From assembly GCA_964016885.1 (NCBI GenBank), contig OZ024742.1, positions 196,602,001-196,666,000 on the forward strand: DNA of 64,000 nt, read 5' to 3'. The position numbers and the translations under genes were made by a program. Position 1 is the stretch's first letter, and each line of letters opens with the position of its first letter. This DNA is from Eledone cirrhosa (taxonomy: Eukaryota). Below, in pieces: positions 26,700 to 39,939 of the stretch. The notes beneath the pieces were generated by a model, which made no database searches, was not told where the DNA came from, and saw nothing but the letters and a program-made list of their open reading frames with translations.

Positions 26700-27190
26700 T
26701 TAATGTCAACTACTTTTCAGAGTGTACTGGGAGCATTTTGTGGGGCATCAGCACTACAGCTTTATTGAGTGTATTGGGTACATTCTATCGTGGCACCAGC
26801 ACTACCACTTTATAGAGTGTACTGGTTGCATTTTGGCACGGCACCAGCACTACCACTTTACAGGGTGTACCGAGTGAATTTTGTCAAGACACCAAAAGTA
26901 CCAATTTACAGAGTGTACTGGGTGTATTTTATCATGACACCAAAACTACCACTTTACAGTGTGTACTGGGTGCATTTGGTCAAGACACCAAAACTACCTC
27001 TTTACAGAGTGTACTGGGCGGGCATTTTGTCATGGTATCAGCACTACCACTTTATTGAGTGTACTGGGTACATTCTATCTTGGAACCAGCACTACCACTT
27101 TACAGAGTGTACTGGGTACATTCTATCATGGCACTGTGGCACTACTACTTTACAGTGAGTACTAGGTGTATTTTGTCATGGCCCAAGCAC
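26700..27190. repeat. ~46 bp satellite-like array (about 10 units) derived from the RTE/SINE 3' UTR module
   Basis: Unit TTTACAGAGTGTACTGGGTGCATTTT.TCATGGCACCAGCACTACCAC, immediately after GGATGCCCTTCTTAA. Confidence 0.85.
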
Positions 27191-27625
27191 TAGCATGGTT
27201 GTTATATCTTTGACAGGACTAAGGGGTCTCTTTTCTACCCTACATTCTATCATAGGTATAATTTCAGTTAATAAATCCTACTTGGCTGACTACATTATAT
27301 ATCTCAGCACTAACCTTACTCTATGGTAAAAACTAAGTGTAATAAGTTAATGACTGAAAATAAAAACCCTAATTATTTCCATCAACATTTAACCCCTTTT
27401 CTTACCATATTTCTAATAAAAGATTCTGCCTATAATTTTGAAATTATTTTGAAAACAATTGAGAATTTGGAGGGATTTAGTAATATAACTAACTTTCTCA
27501 TTATTAAGCTGGAGTTTGGAACATAACTTAACAAAGGTCCTTACATAAAATCATGATGAAAAGTTTATACATAAATATAAATGCTTTAAAATAAACAGCA
27601 TAGGGAATTTTGAATATATGTCAGC

Positions 27626-28036
27626 TTAACCCTTTAGCATTCACATTACTCTATATATACTATTGTATTTTCATGGTAAATACTTTATCTCACATAATTA
27701 TCTCACATAATATATGAGATTTTGAAAGTATTTATTTTGAGAACAATACCTTAACATCAGAATTGAGTGACTAGTTACAGCCAGTTTCAACAGAAAAAGG
27801 TAGAGAATGCTGGCCGGTTTTGGCCGGTTTGAACATTAAAGGGTTAAACCAGCCATATCTGGCCAGAATTCCCTCATCTCTTTCTGTTTGAACTGGCAGT
27901 AAATAGCCACTCATACTGATGTTAAGGTATTGTTCTCAAAATAAATAATATCAAAATCTCGTAGATTCGATATTATGTGAGATAATTATGTAAGATAAAG
28001 CCTTTACCACGAAAATGCAATAATAAATATAGAGTA
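27626..28036. mobile_element. Two piggyBac-type MITEs abutting in inverted orientation
   Basis: 27626-27847 is TTAA-bounded; 27848-28036 is its near reverse complement. Confidence 0.8.
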
Positions 28037-28649
28037 ATGCAAATACTAAAGGGTTGAAGTTAAGTGCTTCAATGCAGGTTTTTGGCTATGAAAAACAGTT
28101 AGGTATATAAGCCCCTAGAGATGAGTAAAAAGAGGACAGCATCGATGTTCTCCCCGTTTTCCCACCCTGATGGGGTTTATATGTTAACCTTGTTTGACTA
28201 TATTTTGTAGTCAAAAACTTGTGTTGAAGCAGTTTAAGCTAACCCACATTCAAGATTCATAATTTACTCAATGCTCATTGAATATACAATTGTTTATAAA
28301 CTACTTAATATTGTAAAACCAGGGTAGTTTCAAGCAATTTGGTATCAAAAGGGTTAATAGAAACAGTAACTAAATACTGTTTGTTAAAGTAACTAGGTAC
28401 ACATTCTATCTGTGCTCTATCAGATTCATGGCATTGACAGCTTATTAGTATTGGCATTGGACCTTATCATGGTGACGTAGTCTGTCTTATCTTGCTGAAG
28501 ACACAGTTAAGTGAATGAATGTTTGAGGTCAGGCCATGTTGTATTTTTCTCTCACTGTGTGTTATGTCTTTTAACAAATACTATGTGTTTGGTTTTGGGG
28601 GCTTCTCACTTTCATTTGGGCTATTTTATGATATCTCAACTGAATATAT

Positions 28650-29050
28650 ACATGTGTGAGTGTGTGTGTGTGTATGTGTACGCGTGTGTGTGTTTGTGTG
28701 ATGGTGTGTGTGTGTTTGTGTGATTGTGTGTGAGTGATTGTGTGTATGTGTGTGCATGTTTGTGTGATGGTATGTGTGTGTGAGAATGATTGTGTGTGAT
28801 TGTGTGCATATGTATATGTGTACTTGTGTGTGAGAGTGTGTGCATGTGTGTGTGTGTTTTTCTGAGTTTGTGTGCTTGTATGTATATGATTATGTGTGTA
28901 ATTGTGTGTGTACATGCCTGCTGGCATGTGTTTGTGTGTGCTTGTCTGTCTGTATGTGTGTGTGATTGTATGTGTTAACTGCTGGTCTGTGTATGTGTGT
29001 GTGATTGTATGTGTTAACTGCTGGTCTCTGTGTGTGTGTGCGTGTGTGAG
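28650..29050. repeat. Degenerate (TG)n tract
   Basis: Read directly from the sequence. Confidence 0.9.
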
Positions 29051-29675
29051 AGAGGTCTCAGTTTGGTAAATAGAATGTTTGTATTTGTATACACATTTAT
29101 GTTCTATTTATATATATTTATTTTAATATCACTCACAGAAATATATTCATCCCCACCAAACACATAAACATATACATACATGCATACATACATACATACA
29201 TACATACATACATGCATACATACATACATACATACATACATACATACATACATACATACATACATACATACAAATGCTAAATATCTGTTGGTGAAAACAG
29301 ATGTAGCTACTGGCAAATAGAAAGTACTCAATACATAAAATGAAGTGACAAAGTTTCTTTTATCATAGATAATCCCCATTTCTACATTTATCCTGCTATT
29401 ATTACAGGTGTATTGACAGTATCGGTAAAGGTTCTGACGCCATGCTTTGCAGCAAAGAGTTACGTCCCCTTATGGTCTGAATTCAAATCCCGCCGAGGTT
29501 AACTTTGCCTTTCATCCTTACGGGGTCGATAAAATAAAGTACCAGTAATGTACTTGTGGCTGGCCTTGTGCCAAAAGTAGAAACAATTATATATATATAT
29601 ATATATATATATATGCAAAAGTTTTATTTAAAATTGTTGGGATACAAAATTATTTATAAAACTGTTTATATATTG

Positions 29676-29740
29676 TATTTTATCTGACGAAGGCATGCCA
29701 TATTTTAATTTGGTATCCCTGAAATATGTATAATGAAATA
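29676..29740 (+). ncRNA. Minimal type-I hammerhead ribozyme motif (Penelope-type)
   Basis: Stem I TATTTTAT/ATGAAATA, core CTGACGA, stem II AGG(C)ATGCCA...TGGTAT(C)CCT, GAAA-T-ATGT-A-TA cleavage triplet, then AATAAA. Confidence 0.62.
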
Positions 29741-29780
29741 AATATGGTTTTATAAATATAGTTTCCATTTATTTAATATC

Positions 29781-29838
<58 letters not shown>

Positions 29839-30277
29839 ACCTGGGCAGACGTTGTGAGAGCTGACCTAAAACTGGCAGAGGAGATGACGATGGAACGCCA
29901 CAAGTGGAGAGATACTGTGCTGAGAAGGACCTGTCCAACCCATGCTAGCATGGAAAAAAAGTCCCACAGCATGGCACCAGGGGCATGTGTCTTCTGTGTT
30001 GGCCTGAGTGGAATTTGGTACACTGTGACAACAGAAGCCCATCATATATACATCTGTGTGTATGTAAGAGAAAGAGTGTATGTGTATGCATATGCGTGTC
30101 TCTGTCTATCTTTATGTCTCACAACTAAAATGAGATTGATAAAATATGTACAAGGCATGAAAAAAATATAAGCTGGAGTCTATATAAGACTTCTGACTGA
30201 AACAAACACAGGAATAAACACACACACACATGTTCACATACACATGTTCACACACACACATATGTATCTAACTATCT

Positions 30278-32110
30278 AGTAGTCACGCTAGTGAGGAAGG
30301 ACGAGAACAAGGGGGACGATATAAGTAATTTCAGGCCCATAACTCTGCTAAATACAGAGTTACAGATTTTGGCCAAGGTGCTACCAAAGAGGTTGGCGCT
30401 TGTCGTGGGCAACCTGGTGGGAGATGCGCAGACATGTGCTATCCCATCCAGGTCCATCCACGACAACCTCCACCTCATGCGATACATCATAGAGAGGGTT
30501 GGGAACGAACCCGGCTTTGGTGGGGCCCTGATCAACTTGGATAAATCTAAGGCGTTTGATAGGGTCGACCATGGTTACCTGGATGCAGTGCTAGCGGCGG
30601 CAGGCTTCGGACCCGTTTTCAGGGGCTGGATCACTGCCATGCACAGCAGCCACATCTGCTATAGGGTCAAGGTGAACGGCTACCTCTCGGAGCCGTTCAA
30701 AATCGCGCGGTCCATCCGGGGTGAGGTAACGAACAGGGTGTTTGCACTGACCCAGAAGTGGGTCGAGTGCAAACTGTCCCTGAAAGGTCGGGCAGAAGTG
30801 GCGAACACTTATATAGCATCCGTCATCTACTACCGCCTGACCGTCGCGCCTTGCCCAAGGGAAACGCTCGCCAAAATGGAGCGCGCACTCTTCCAATTCC
30901 TTTGGAAGAAGCGGGCTCCTATGGTGAGGAGATCCATCTGCTGTCAACACCCTTCGAAAGGGGGGCTGGGGATGCCATGGCTGATGATGCGTAAACACGC
31001 ATTAAGGCTACGGCACCTCCAGGTATTCCTCACCGGTCAACCGGTGTGGGCCCCGTTTGTGAGGCGAGCCTTTCCCAGACTCATCTTCTCACCGAGCTGC
31101 AGTCCTGGGTCAAGCAAAGACCGAGAAAACTGGGTGCCTGGCACACCGAGTGTGCCCAGGCGCTCACGGCTCTCTGGCAGGCGGACCCGGCTGTCAGTGG
31201 AGAATCCACCTCATCATTCTATAGAGGGCAGGTGCGACGACGCCCTCGGAGAAGCCCTAGCCATGGAGGAAAACGAACTGGCCAACCTGTTCGGTAGGAC
31301 ATTCAGCCCGGGACCTATGGATAACTTCCAGAGGTCCCTGGCCTGGCAGTGCTACCGAGGGGTTCTGCCCATTCGAGAAAGCTCTACAGACACGGGCGCC
31401 CGGGTAGGGACCCCTTGAAAAAGATCTGTCCCAGATGCATGTGCGACGAGGAAACCGTTGTACACACATTAGTAAACTGCTCGGGCATTGCCGATCTGTG
31501 GAGCTATGTCAAACGACTGCTGTCACGGGTGGGACCAATCCGGTTGACCACCGAGTGTATTATAACGATCAAGCCGCCTCCCCTCTTCAAAAACGAAGGA
31601 GAGGTGGTGTTTCTGTGTGTAATAGCCATTGTGAAAGAGGTTGTATGATGGACGCGTCTGAAAGGACTGAGGTCAGACACCTTTCTCTCTGGCCAACAAC
31701 TGGTCCGTTTCTTCCGATATCATTTCGGAAGAAGGATCAGGATGGAGAGAGAGGTGATGCACCCCAGCCGTTTTTATGAAAGATGGGTGAAAGTGACGAG
31801 AATGGCCCGTGTGAATGGGCCTTCACTCTACATCAGACTGTAGGTGAGAAAGATGAAAGATCAAGGGAGCACCCTCTCTCTGTGCTCCTGAGGAGAAGGG
31901 TTGCACACTTTTTCGGGGGTGTGTGCGACCCCCCAAGGCGCCTCCTCCCTATTGAGGGTTTTGTTATTCAATTTATTTTTGTTATATTTTATATTTTATA
32001 TTTTTATATTTTGTTATTGCCTCCTCCTTATTGAGGACGCCTTTTTATGTAAACTCCCTCCATTGTACTTGTCCCACTCTTTGACGCCCTGGTGGCAAAT
32101 AAAAAGAAAG
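30278..32110 (+). mobile_element. Tx1 LINE, 5'-truncated, with an internal RT deletion
   Basis: NFRPITLLN, NLDKSKAFDRVDH, then a jump near 30720 to EVTNRVFALTQKW (no YADD); CPRC...H...C; 3' UTR with AATAAA. Confidence 0.9.
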
Positions 32111-32220
32111 TTATCTATATCTATCAATCTATATATGTATATATATATACAAGTAACTCATGCTAGCGTGGAACATAGATGTTAAATGATGATGATGATA
32201 TTCGAGTATATATATATATC

Positions 32221-32530
32221 ATCATCATCATGGTCATCATCGTTTAACGTCCATCTTCCACGCTAGCATGGGTTGGATGGGTTTGTCCCACTTGAGGCAA
32301 GATTGGTCGGGTGACCATGTCTTGCTCGTACAGAACTGTTTCTGGCAGGTTTTCTACAGCTGGATGCCCTTCCTAACACCAACCACATTTACAGTGTGGA
32401 CTGGGTGCTTTTTTGTCATGACACGTACACAACCACTTTACAGTGGATGGAAGTGGGAGGGTGGAGTAGGGGGTGAGGTGGGGTGTATATTGGGTTAAGA
32501 GGTGCCTACTGACTGTAGGTTTAAGTTCGT
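32221..32530 (-). mobile_element. RTE 3' UTR fragment
   Basis: (CAT)n plus CGTCCATCTTCCACGCTAGCATGGG and GATGCCCTTCCTAACACC module. Confidence 0.75.
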
Positions 32531-32809
32531 TTAAGGGCCACACACATACTAGCAAAAAAGCCTGTCGTTGCTGGGTACACCTTTCACCACTGTAAATAAA
32601 GACCCCTTCTCTCCTCAACATGGCCGTCTTAAAATAGCCCCAGAACTATGCTATTTTTGGCGGGAGCAAGATTTAAATTATATGTTAACATGCTCCAGGA
32701 GCTAAATAACCTATGTATCAAAATTTGAACAAATCGGATGGAAACTGTGGAAATGCATCAACTGCATACAGACAGACAGGCGTTTTTGTTTTTATATATA
32801 GAGATATAC

Positions 32810-32892
<83 letters not shown>

Positions 32893-32896
<4 letters not shown>

Positions 32897-34658
32897 CATC
32901 AACATCATCATCATCATTTTATGTCCACTTTTCCCTGCTTGCAAGGGTGTGACGGGTCTTATTCAGCACAGCATCTCTCCACTTGTCACGGTCCTTCGTC
33001 ATTTCCTCCGTGAACTTCAGTGATCTGAGGTCCACTCTCATTACCTCCGCCCATGTTTTTCATGGTCATCCTTTACTGTGTCTTCCTTCTACTAGCATTT
33101 CTTGGCACTTCTTTACCCAGCGGTCATCCTCCATAACATCACATGTCTATACCATCGCAGTCTTCTCTTCTGCACACTACAACTTATCCCTCTTATACAG
33201 GGTTTCTCTCTCAACTCATCTATTCTTCGTCGTTCACGCACATTGGCATTGCACATCCAACAGAGCATGTTTGCTTCATTTCTCTCCAGCCATCGCATAT
33301 CCTCTGCTGTTGCTGCCCATGTCTCACTACTATGCAGCATCGCGCATCTCACACAGGCATCATATAACCAGCCTTTCATATGCAGGGAGAAGCCCTTCTT
33401 CCTCAGCAGAGGAAGCAGCTCCCTAAACTTCTTCCAACCCGTCCTTATTTTAGATACTATGGCCTCAGGACACCCCCCTCCCATGCTAATCTGATCACAT
33501 AGGTACTAATCTGATCACATAGAACCTACCTGCATTTGAAAAATGTCTCTATCACTGCAACTTCTACTGTCAACTTTCCCTGTACATCTACTGCATACGT
33601 ATTTTTCCCTACCTGTTAGTTTGCCTGTTATCCCACTACATGTACCCAAGATCTGCATTGTGTACGTTAACTTTGCCTTTCATCCTTACGGGGTCGATAA
33701 AATAAAGTACCAGTAATACACTGGGATAATTGCTGGCCTTGTGCCTAAAGTAGAAACAATTATATAGAATTTATGCCAGTTCCTTTTCTACAAATCGAAC
33801 ATGGCCATTTCCCTAGCGGAATCAGAGATTTGTCCTCTTTTCTACTTATCAACACTTTTGTCTTAGCTAGGTTCACTCTTAGTCCTCTTAATTCCAACTG
33901 CTGTTTCCATAGCCAGAATTTATTCTCTAGCTCCTCTACTGATTCTGCTATAAGAACCAGATCGTCAGCATAGAGAAGTTCCCATGGGCATCCAGTCTTA
34001 AACTCCTCTGTTATGGCTTGGAGGACTATAATGAACAAGAACGGGCTGAGGACTGAACCCTGATGTACTTCCACTTGTATCTGGAATTCCTCACTAAACT
34101 CCATTCCTACCCTCACTTTATTGACAGCACCTCTGCACAAAGCTTGCACTGTCCTCACAAGTCATTTCTCAAAATATAGTTTCCTTAGGGACCACCAGAT
34201 GACAGATCGGGGTACCCTATTAAAGGCCTTCTCTAGGTCAACAAAAGCTAAGTATTGTGGCTTATTCTTCTCTAAGAACCTCTCTTGTAATTGTCTCACT
34301 AAGAAGAGGGCGTCTGTTGTACTTTTCCCAGGCACAAAACCAAACTGCATCTCATCTAGTTTGACCCTTTCTCTAATTAGTTGTGCTAAAATCCTTTCTG
34401 CCACTTTCATAACCTGATCTATCAGTTTTATACCCCTATAATTGCTCCTCTCCAAATCATCCCCTTTACCTTTGTAGCAATTTATGAGAATACTGCTGCA
34501 CCAGTCTTTGGGTATGAGTCCGCCATATATAGCTTGATCGACTATGCGTGCAACCAATTTAGGACCTAATTCCCCTGATGCCTTCAGCATCTCAGCAACA
34601 ATCCCCGACAGTCCAGCTGCCTTACCATTTTTCATTTCCTTAATTGCCTCTTGGACTC
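32893..34658 (-). mobile_element. RTE LINE, second subfamily, 5'-truncated and interrupted by a Nin SINE fragment (33666-33762)
   Basis: MKNGKAAG, NYRGIKL, FVDLEKAF, LLYADDL, RRLRWY. Confidence 0.9.
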
Positions 34659-34995
34659 TATAGATATACATATGCACACCTCTTAACCCAATATACACCT
34701 CACACCACCCCACACCTCCTATTCCATCCTCCACTGTAAAGTGGTCATGTAGAAGACACGGTAAAAAGGCTCCCAGTCCCCACTGTAAATGAGGTTGGTG
34801 TTAGGAAGGGCATCTAGCCATAGAAAACCTGCCAGAAACAGTTCTGTATGAGCAAGACACAGTCTCCTGACCAATCTTGCCTCAAGTGGGACAAAATCGT
34901 CCAAAACATGCTAGCATGGAAGATGGATGTTAAATGATGATGCTGATGATATATATATATATATATGTATATATAAATATATATATATATATATA

Positions 34996-36746
34996 TCATC
35001 ATCACCGTTTTACGTCCGTTCTTCCATGCTAGCATGGGTTAGACGGGTTGTCCTGTTGTGGGCAGTGTCTGGTCGGCTGACCATGCCTTGCTCATACAGG
35101 AACTGATTTGGCTTGATTTCTACAGCTGGATGCCCTTCCTAACACCAATCTCATTTACAGTGAGTGCTGGGTGCTTTTTCGTGGCGCCTACACGTCCACT
35201 TTACAGTGTGGGCTGGATGCTTTTTTGCCGTGGCAACTCCACGGCCACCTTGCAGTGGGAGGGTGTGGGGCATATTGTCTATATGCTTCAGCTTGTACCC
35301 ATGGGAGGTCGGGTACTCTGTATTACTGCGTGACGCCAGAGGTCACGGTCGTGTGTCATCGCCTTGGAGTGGTGTAATTGGGTAAGGTTGGCTTTTATCA
35401 CCTCATCCCAGGTCATCTTGGGTCTCCCCACTCCGCGGTTTACATCGACTTCTTGTGCTCTGCACCTTTTTATGCAGCTGTCATCCTTCATACGCATCAC
35501 ATGTCCATACCAACACAACCACCTCTCCTGCACACAGCATTTGATTCCTCTTATGCTCAGTCTCTCTCTCAATTCATTTATGCTTTGTCGGTCGCGTATA
35601 TTACTATTACACATCCATCGGAACATGCAGGCTTCGTTTCTCTCTAATCTAAGTCTTCCACCTTCAGCGCCCAGGTCTCACTACCATGTAACATTGCTGT
35701 TCGGATACACGTATCATACAATCTGCCTTTCATTTTGAGGGAGAAGCCTTTTGCAGCTAGCAGTGGCAGTAGTTCCCTAAACTTCTTCCATCCCGTTCTT
35801 ACCCTAGTTATTGTACTTTCTGAACACCCACCTCCGCTGCTAATTCGGTCACCTAGGTAGCAGAAGCTGTCTACTGTCTCTACAGAGCCCTCCCAGAGAT
35901 TGGTGGTACTTGTTTCCTGTGGCTGTTTGCTGCTTGCTGTCCCAGTACAGCTGCTGCATATGAAGCCTACATTCTTAATTAAGCTTCCTGAGATCCCGCT
36001 ACATCTCTTGTGTACCCATTGTTTGCATTTGGGGCAGAGAATGGAGTTCCTACCTACACCTTTCCTACATACTGAGCAAGGCCATTTCCCTGAGGGGATC
36101 TGGGTTCTGTTTTCTCGTCTACTTACAAGGACCTTAGTCTTTGTCATGTTGACTTTGAAACCCTTTCTGTCTAGTCCCTGCTTCCAAGTTTGGAATTTCT
36201 TCTCTAGTTCTACCATAGATTTAGCTATAAGTGCGAGGTCATCAGCATACAGGAGTTCCCATGGGCATCCGGTCTTAAACTCCTCCATTATTGCCTGCAG
36301 GACTATGATGAACAGGAGAGGGCTAAGAACAGAGCCCTGGTGAACACCAACCTGTACGCTAAATTCCTCGCTATACTCATTGCTAATCCTAACTTTGCTG
36401 ACTGCTCCCCTATACATGGCTTGTACAGCTTTCACAAGCCATTCATCTACTCCTAGTTTTCTAAGAGCCCACCAGATTACAGCACGTGGAACTCTGTCAA
36501 AGGCTTTCTCGAGATCAACGAATGCCAGCTAGAGTGGCTTACTTTTAGCTAAGTACGTTTCCTGTAACTGCCTCACAAGGAAGAAGGCATCAGTAGTGCC
36601 TCTTCCTGGTACAAACCCAAATTGCATCTCATCTAGTTTCACCCGGTCCCTAATCAACTGTGCTATAACTCTTTCTGTTACTTTCATGACCTGGTCCATC
36701 AGCTTTATACCTCTATAGTTTCCTCTATTGAGTGCATCACCTTTAC
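34996..36746 (-). mobile_element. RTE LINE, 5'-truncated, close relative of 13921-16348, flanked by (TA)n
   Basis: ORF 35644..36435 with GVHQGSVLSP, YADD and Cys-rich CSVC..CPKC..H..C region; (CAT)n tail. Confidence 0.93.
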
Positions 36747-36782
36747 CTTATATATATATATATATATGATGATGATGATGAT

Positions 36783-37322
36783 GCAGTAGATGTAAGCAAA
36801 ACGAAGGAGCTACTGGCAGATGCCAAAAAATACATAGTGTACGGGGAAAATAGATCATTTTCGATCCCCCCCTCTCCGGAACTAAAAAGCCAGAGACTCC
36901 TAAACACTGTCATGTTTAGGACAGTCTCAAACAAAAGCAAAAAACCAGCTCAACCATCACAGAGTGAGATAGAGCGGGTTTTAAAAGATGTCATGAAAGA
37001 CATCATATTCATTCAGAAGGATAGACTCTACGGGAGTCTATCCATTCTCATGAAGGACAGGGACACAGCAGCGAAAAAATCAATAAAACCAATCACATCC
37101 ACCGCATACACCTTCTACCCTACGTACATGGGTAGAAGGACACAAAAAATAAAAATTCACACCATCCTTCCGATTATGGACATATGGTGGGTATTGACAG
37201 GTTTCCTGGACCTAGACGATGACACACTAATATCCATGGGAAAGGCATCGGGTGACACGTTCAGTGGAACGGGCCTCGAACTTGTAGTTCAAATGAGGCC
37301 CGAAAGGATCGCCCAGATGTAA
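36783..37322 (+). mobile_element. Isolated Tx1 ORF1 fragment
   Basis: Protein similarity to the 2131-3000 ORF1 (L.DAK.Y..GE, FRTVSN.SKKP, IQK..L.GS, WW.LT.F.D.D.DT.IS.GK, VQMRPE.IA). Confidence 0.8.
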
Positions 37323-37627
37323 ATAGGGAGAAAAAGACGATTATTAGGAAGACAAATTTTTTTTTTCCTTTTATTTTTTTCTCTTTTTTCTGGGTTAGAA
37401 AATGTTTAAAACAAAATATTTTATTTTGTGTGAAGAGTTAAGGTATTAATAATTGTTTCTACTTTAGGCACAAGGCCAGCAATTACCCAGTGCATTACTG
37501 GTACTTTATTTTATCGACCCCGTAAGGATGAAAGGCAAAGTCAACCTCGGCGGGATTTGAACTCAGATCATAAAGGGGCGTAACTATGCTGGAAAGCATG
37601 GCGTCCGACCATCTACCGATACTGCTA

Positions 37628-38120
37628 TGAAATTATTGTGTACAGTGCTCAGGTGCACTACAACTCATCAAAGGTGCATGTATAGTACATAGAATAATGT
37701 AATGTACAAATGTCAGGAAAATGAACAGTGTATGAGTCATGATATAATAACAATAACAATAATTAAATATTGTGTACAGTGCCCAGGTGCACCACAACTC
37801 ATCAAAAAAGTGCATGTACAGTACATAGGGCAATGCACAAACATCAGTAAAATGAACAGTGCACGAGTCATGATACACACATGTGTGCATGTGTATGGAA
37901 GGGGTACATCAGGTGTAGTTTTGGCGTATTTCGGGAAGCATGAGTGTCTTAAAGGATGCAGTGTCTCGGCAGCTAACAATTGACGCAGGTAGTTTGTTCC
38001 ATGCTTCAGCAACTCTGAGCGTGAAAAAATGTCTGCGAAAGTCATGGGAGCTGTGCTGTTTTCTTATCTTGTAGGCATGTCCACGTGTGTTAGACACATG
38101 GAGATCAAAGAGGCGCTCAG
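37628..38120 (-). mobile_element. CR1-like LINE 3' end with a tandemly duplicated 3' UTR
   Basis: SNTRGHAYKIRKQHSSHDFRRHFFTLRVAEAWNKLP. Confidence 0.85.
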
Positions 38121-39414
38121 GGCATTAGTTAATTTATTTATTAATTAACAATAGCATTTATTTATTTATTTATTTATTTATTTATATCCTCTTTAGTGCT
38201 GGTGATCTACACTATAAACATACCCAGTAAGGTGGTTGGTGACAGGGAGGACACTCAGCTGTAGAAACCATGTAAAAAAGTGTTGAAAGATATGACAAGC
38301 TACCACATACTAGTGCCATGATATAATGCACCCAGTGCACTCTGTAGAGTGCAGGAATGTATGTAAGTGAAATGCAGGCCTCTAACCTGTCTGAGAGGTG
38401 AGTAGCATCGATTAAGTACTGCCTGACTTGTGATGACTCATCAAATCCTTACTATCTGGGAAAACAGACATTAAAAGATGGTGAAGATGGTGATGATGAT
38501 AATGACGATGATGAGGATATGGTGATAAACATTCTAAGTAGTTTATTTTGATGGTTTTATTTTTAGTAAAAATTTAATTTTAATTTCTCTTCTTAAATGG
38601 AAAGGAAAGAGAAAAATAAAGAAAAGAAATGAAATTTCAACCTAATATAAAATAATTGTGATAATAAGTACTTTATAACAAAAATTATAAATATATTCTA
38701 AATAAAACTAATGCCATTGTCATGTGCCTGGTTGTTTATGCCAACTGTTGATAAAAATATAAACTATTGGTGTTGATATATTTATTATTCAGTAGCCACT
38801 GTTGGCAGCTCTGAGGTTTTTCTTCAGAATTTTTGTAAAACTGTGGCGTCTAAATGTCTGTATTTGTAAGTTCTGTCTAATACTTTAACTCTTTTGATGC
38901 TTTAAACATCACAGCAGTCACCCTTCTACTTCCAATCCTTCTTACAATAACTGAGGACCCATCTCTGTCCACATCCACAACCATTTGGGATGTAATAAAT
39001 TATCCCCAGCTTCAGCCACTCTCTTCTTGGCAGTATAGGTAGAGAGTTGGACAATATGTTTTGCAGCATAGAGTTACAGCCCTTTGCGTTCTGTGTTCAA
39101 ATCCTGCCTAGGTTACCTTTGCTTTTCATCCTTACGGGGTCAATAAAAGGAAGCACCAGTATTGCACTGGGGTTGATTTAATCGACTTGCCCCTCCCCAA
39201 AATTGTTAACCTTGTGCCTAAATCAGAAACCATGGCAGTATCGGTAGAGGGTCGGACGCCATGCTTTGACGCATAGAATTACGGCCCTTGCCATTCTGAG
39301 TTCAAATCCCGCCAAGGTTAACTTTGCCTTTCATCCTTACGGGGTCGATAAAATAAAGTACCAGTAATACACTGGGATAATTGCTGGCCTAAAGTAGAAA
39401 CAATTATTAAAAGA

Positions 39415-39720
39415 TTAGGGTGACGTCTTCTCTCTCTTTCTATCACACACACTCTCTCTCTCTCTAAACAAATGACGTTTTTCTCTCTCTATCTATGTAC
39501 ATCTCTTTTGCTTGGTGCTCCCCCTCTCTATATAGATGAGGGTGACATAACTTTCTGTCTATCTACCTCTTACTGTCACCTTGAAAACACACGGTGTTAC
39601 CTTTTCTCTCTATATCTATGTACATATCTCTCACTTGGTGCTCCCCCTCTATGTAAAGTGAGCGTGACTGACAGAGGAACAGACGGACAGACAGGCAGTG
39701 ATCTTATTATAATATAGATT
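39415..39720 (+). mobile_element. Helentron/HINE-like interspersed repeat
   Basis: Shared with 62135-62375; ends in a GACAGACA microsatellite plus TTATTATAATATAGAT. Confidence 0.45.
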
Positions 39721-39939
39721 ATTATTGTTATTGAGGCAGTGAATTGCAGTATCGATAGAGCATCAAACACCCTGCTTTGTGGCATATAGTTACAGCCCTT
39801 TACGTACTAAGTTCAAATCCTGCCAAGGTTAGCTTTGCCTTTCATCCTTACAGGGTCCATAAAATAAAGTACCAGTAATGCACTGGGGTTGATTAATCAA
39901 CTTTCTCCTCCCCAAAATTATATTAAAAGTCCTTTTTGC

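Noticed and set aside
26700-27190. CRISPR-like array
   Set aside because: Eukaryotic tandem repeat with no unique spacers and no cas genes. The same applies to 46520-48410.
28426-28494. Minus-strand terminal exon candidate QDKTDYVTMIRSNANTNKLSMP*
   Set aside because: Plausible acceptor, but no homology or upstream exon support.
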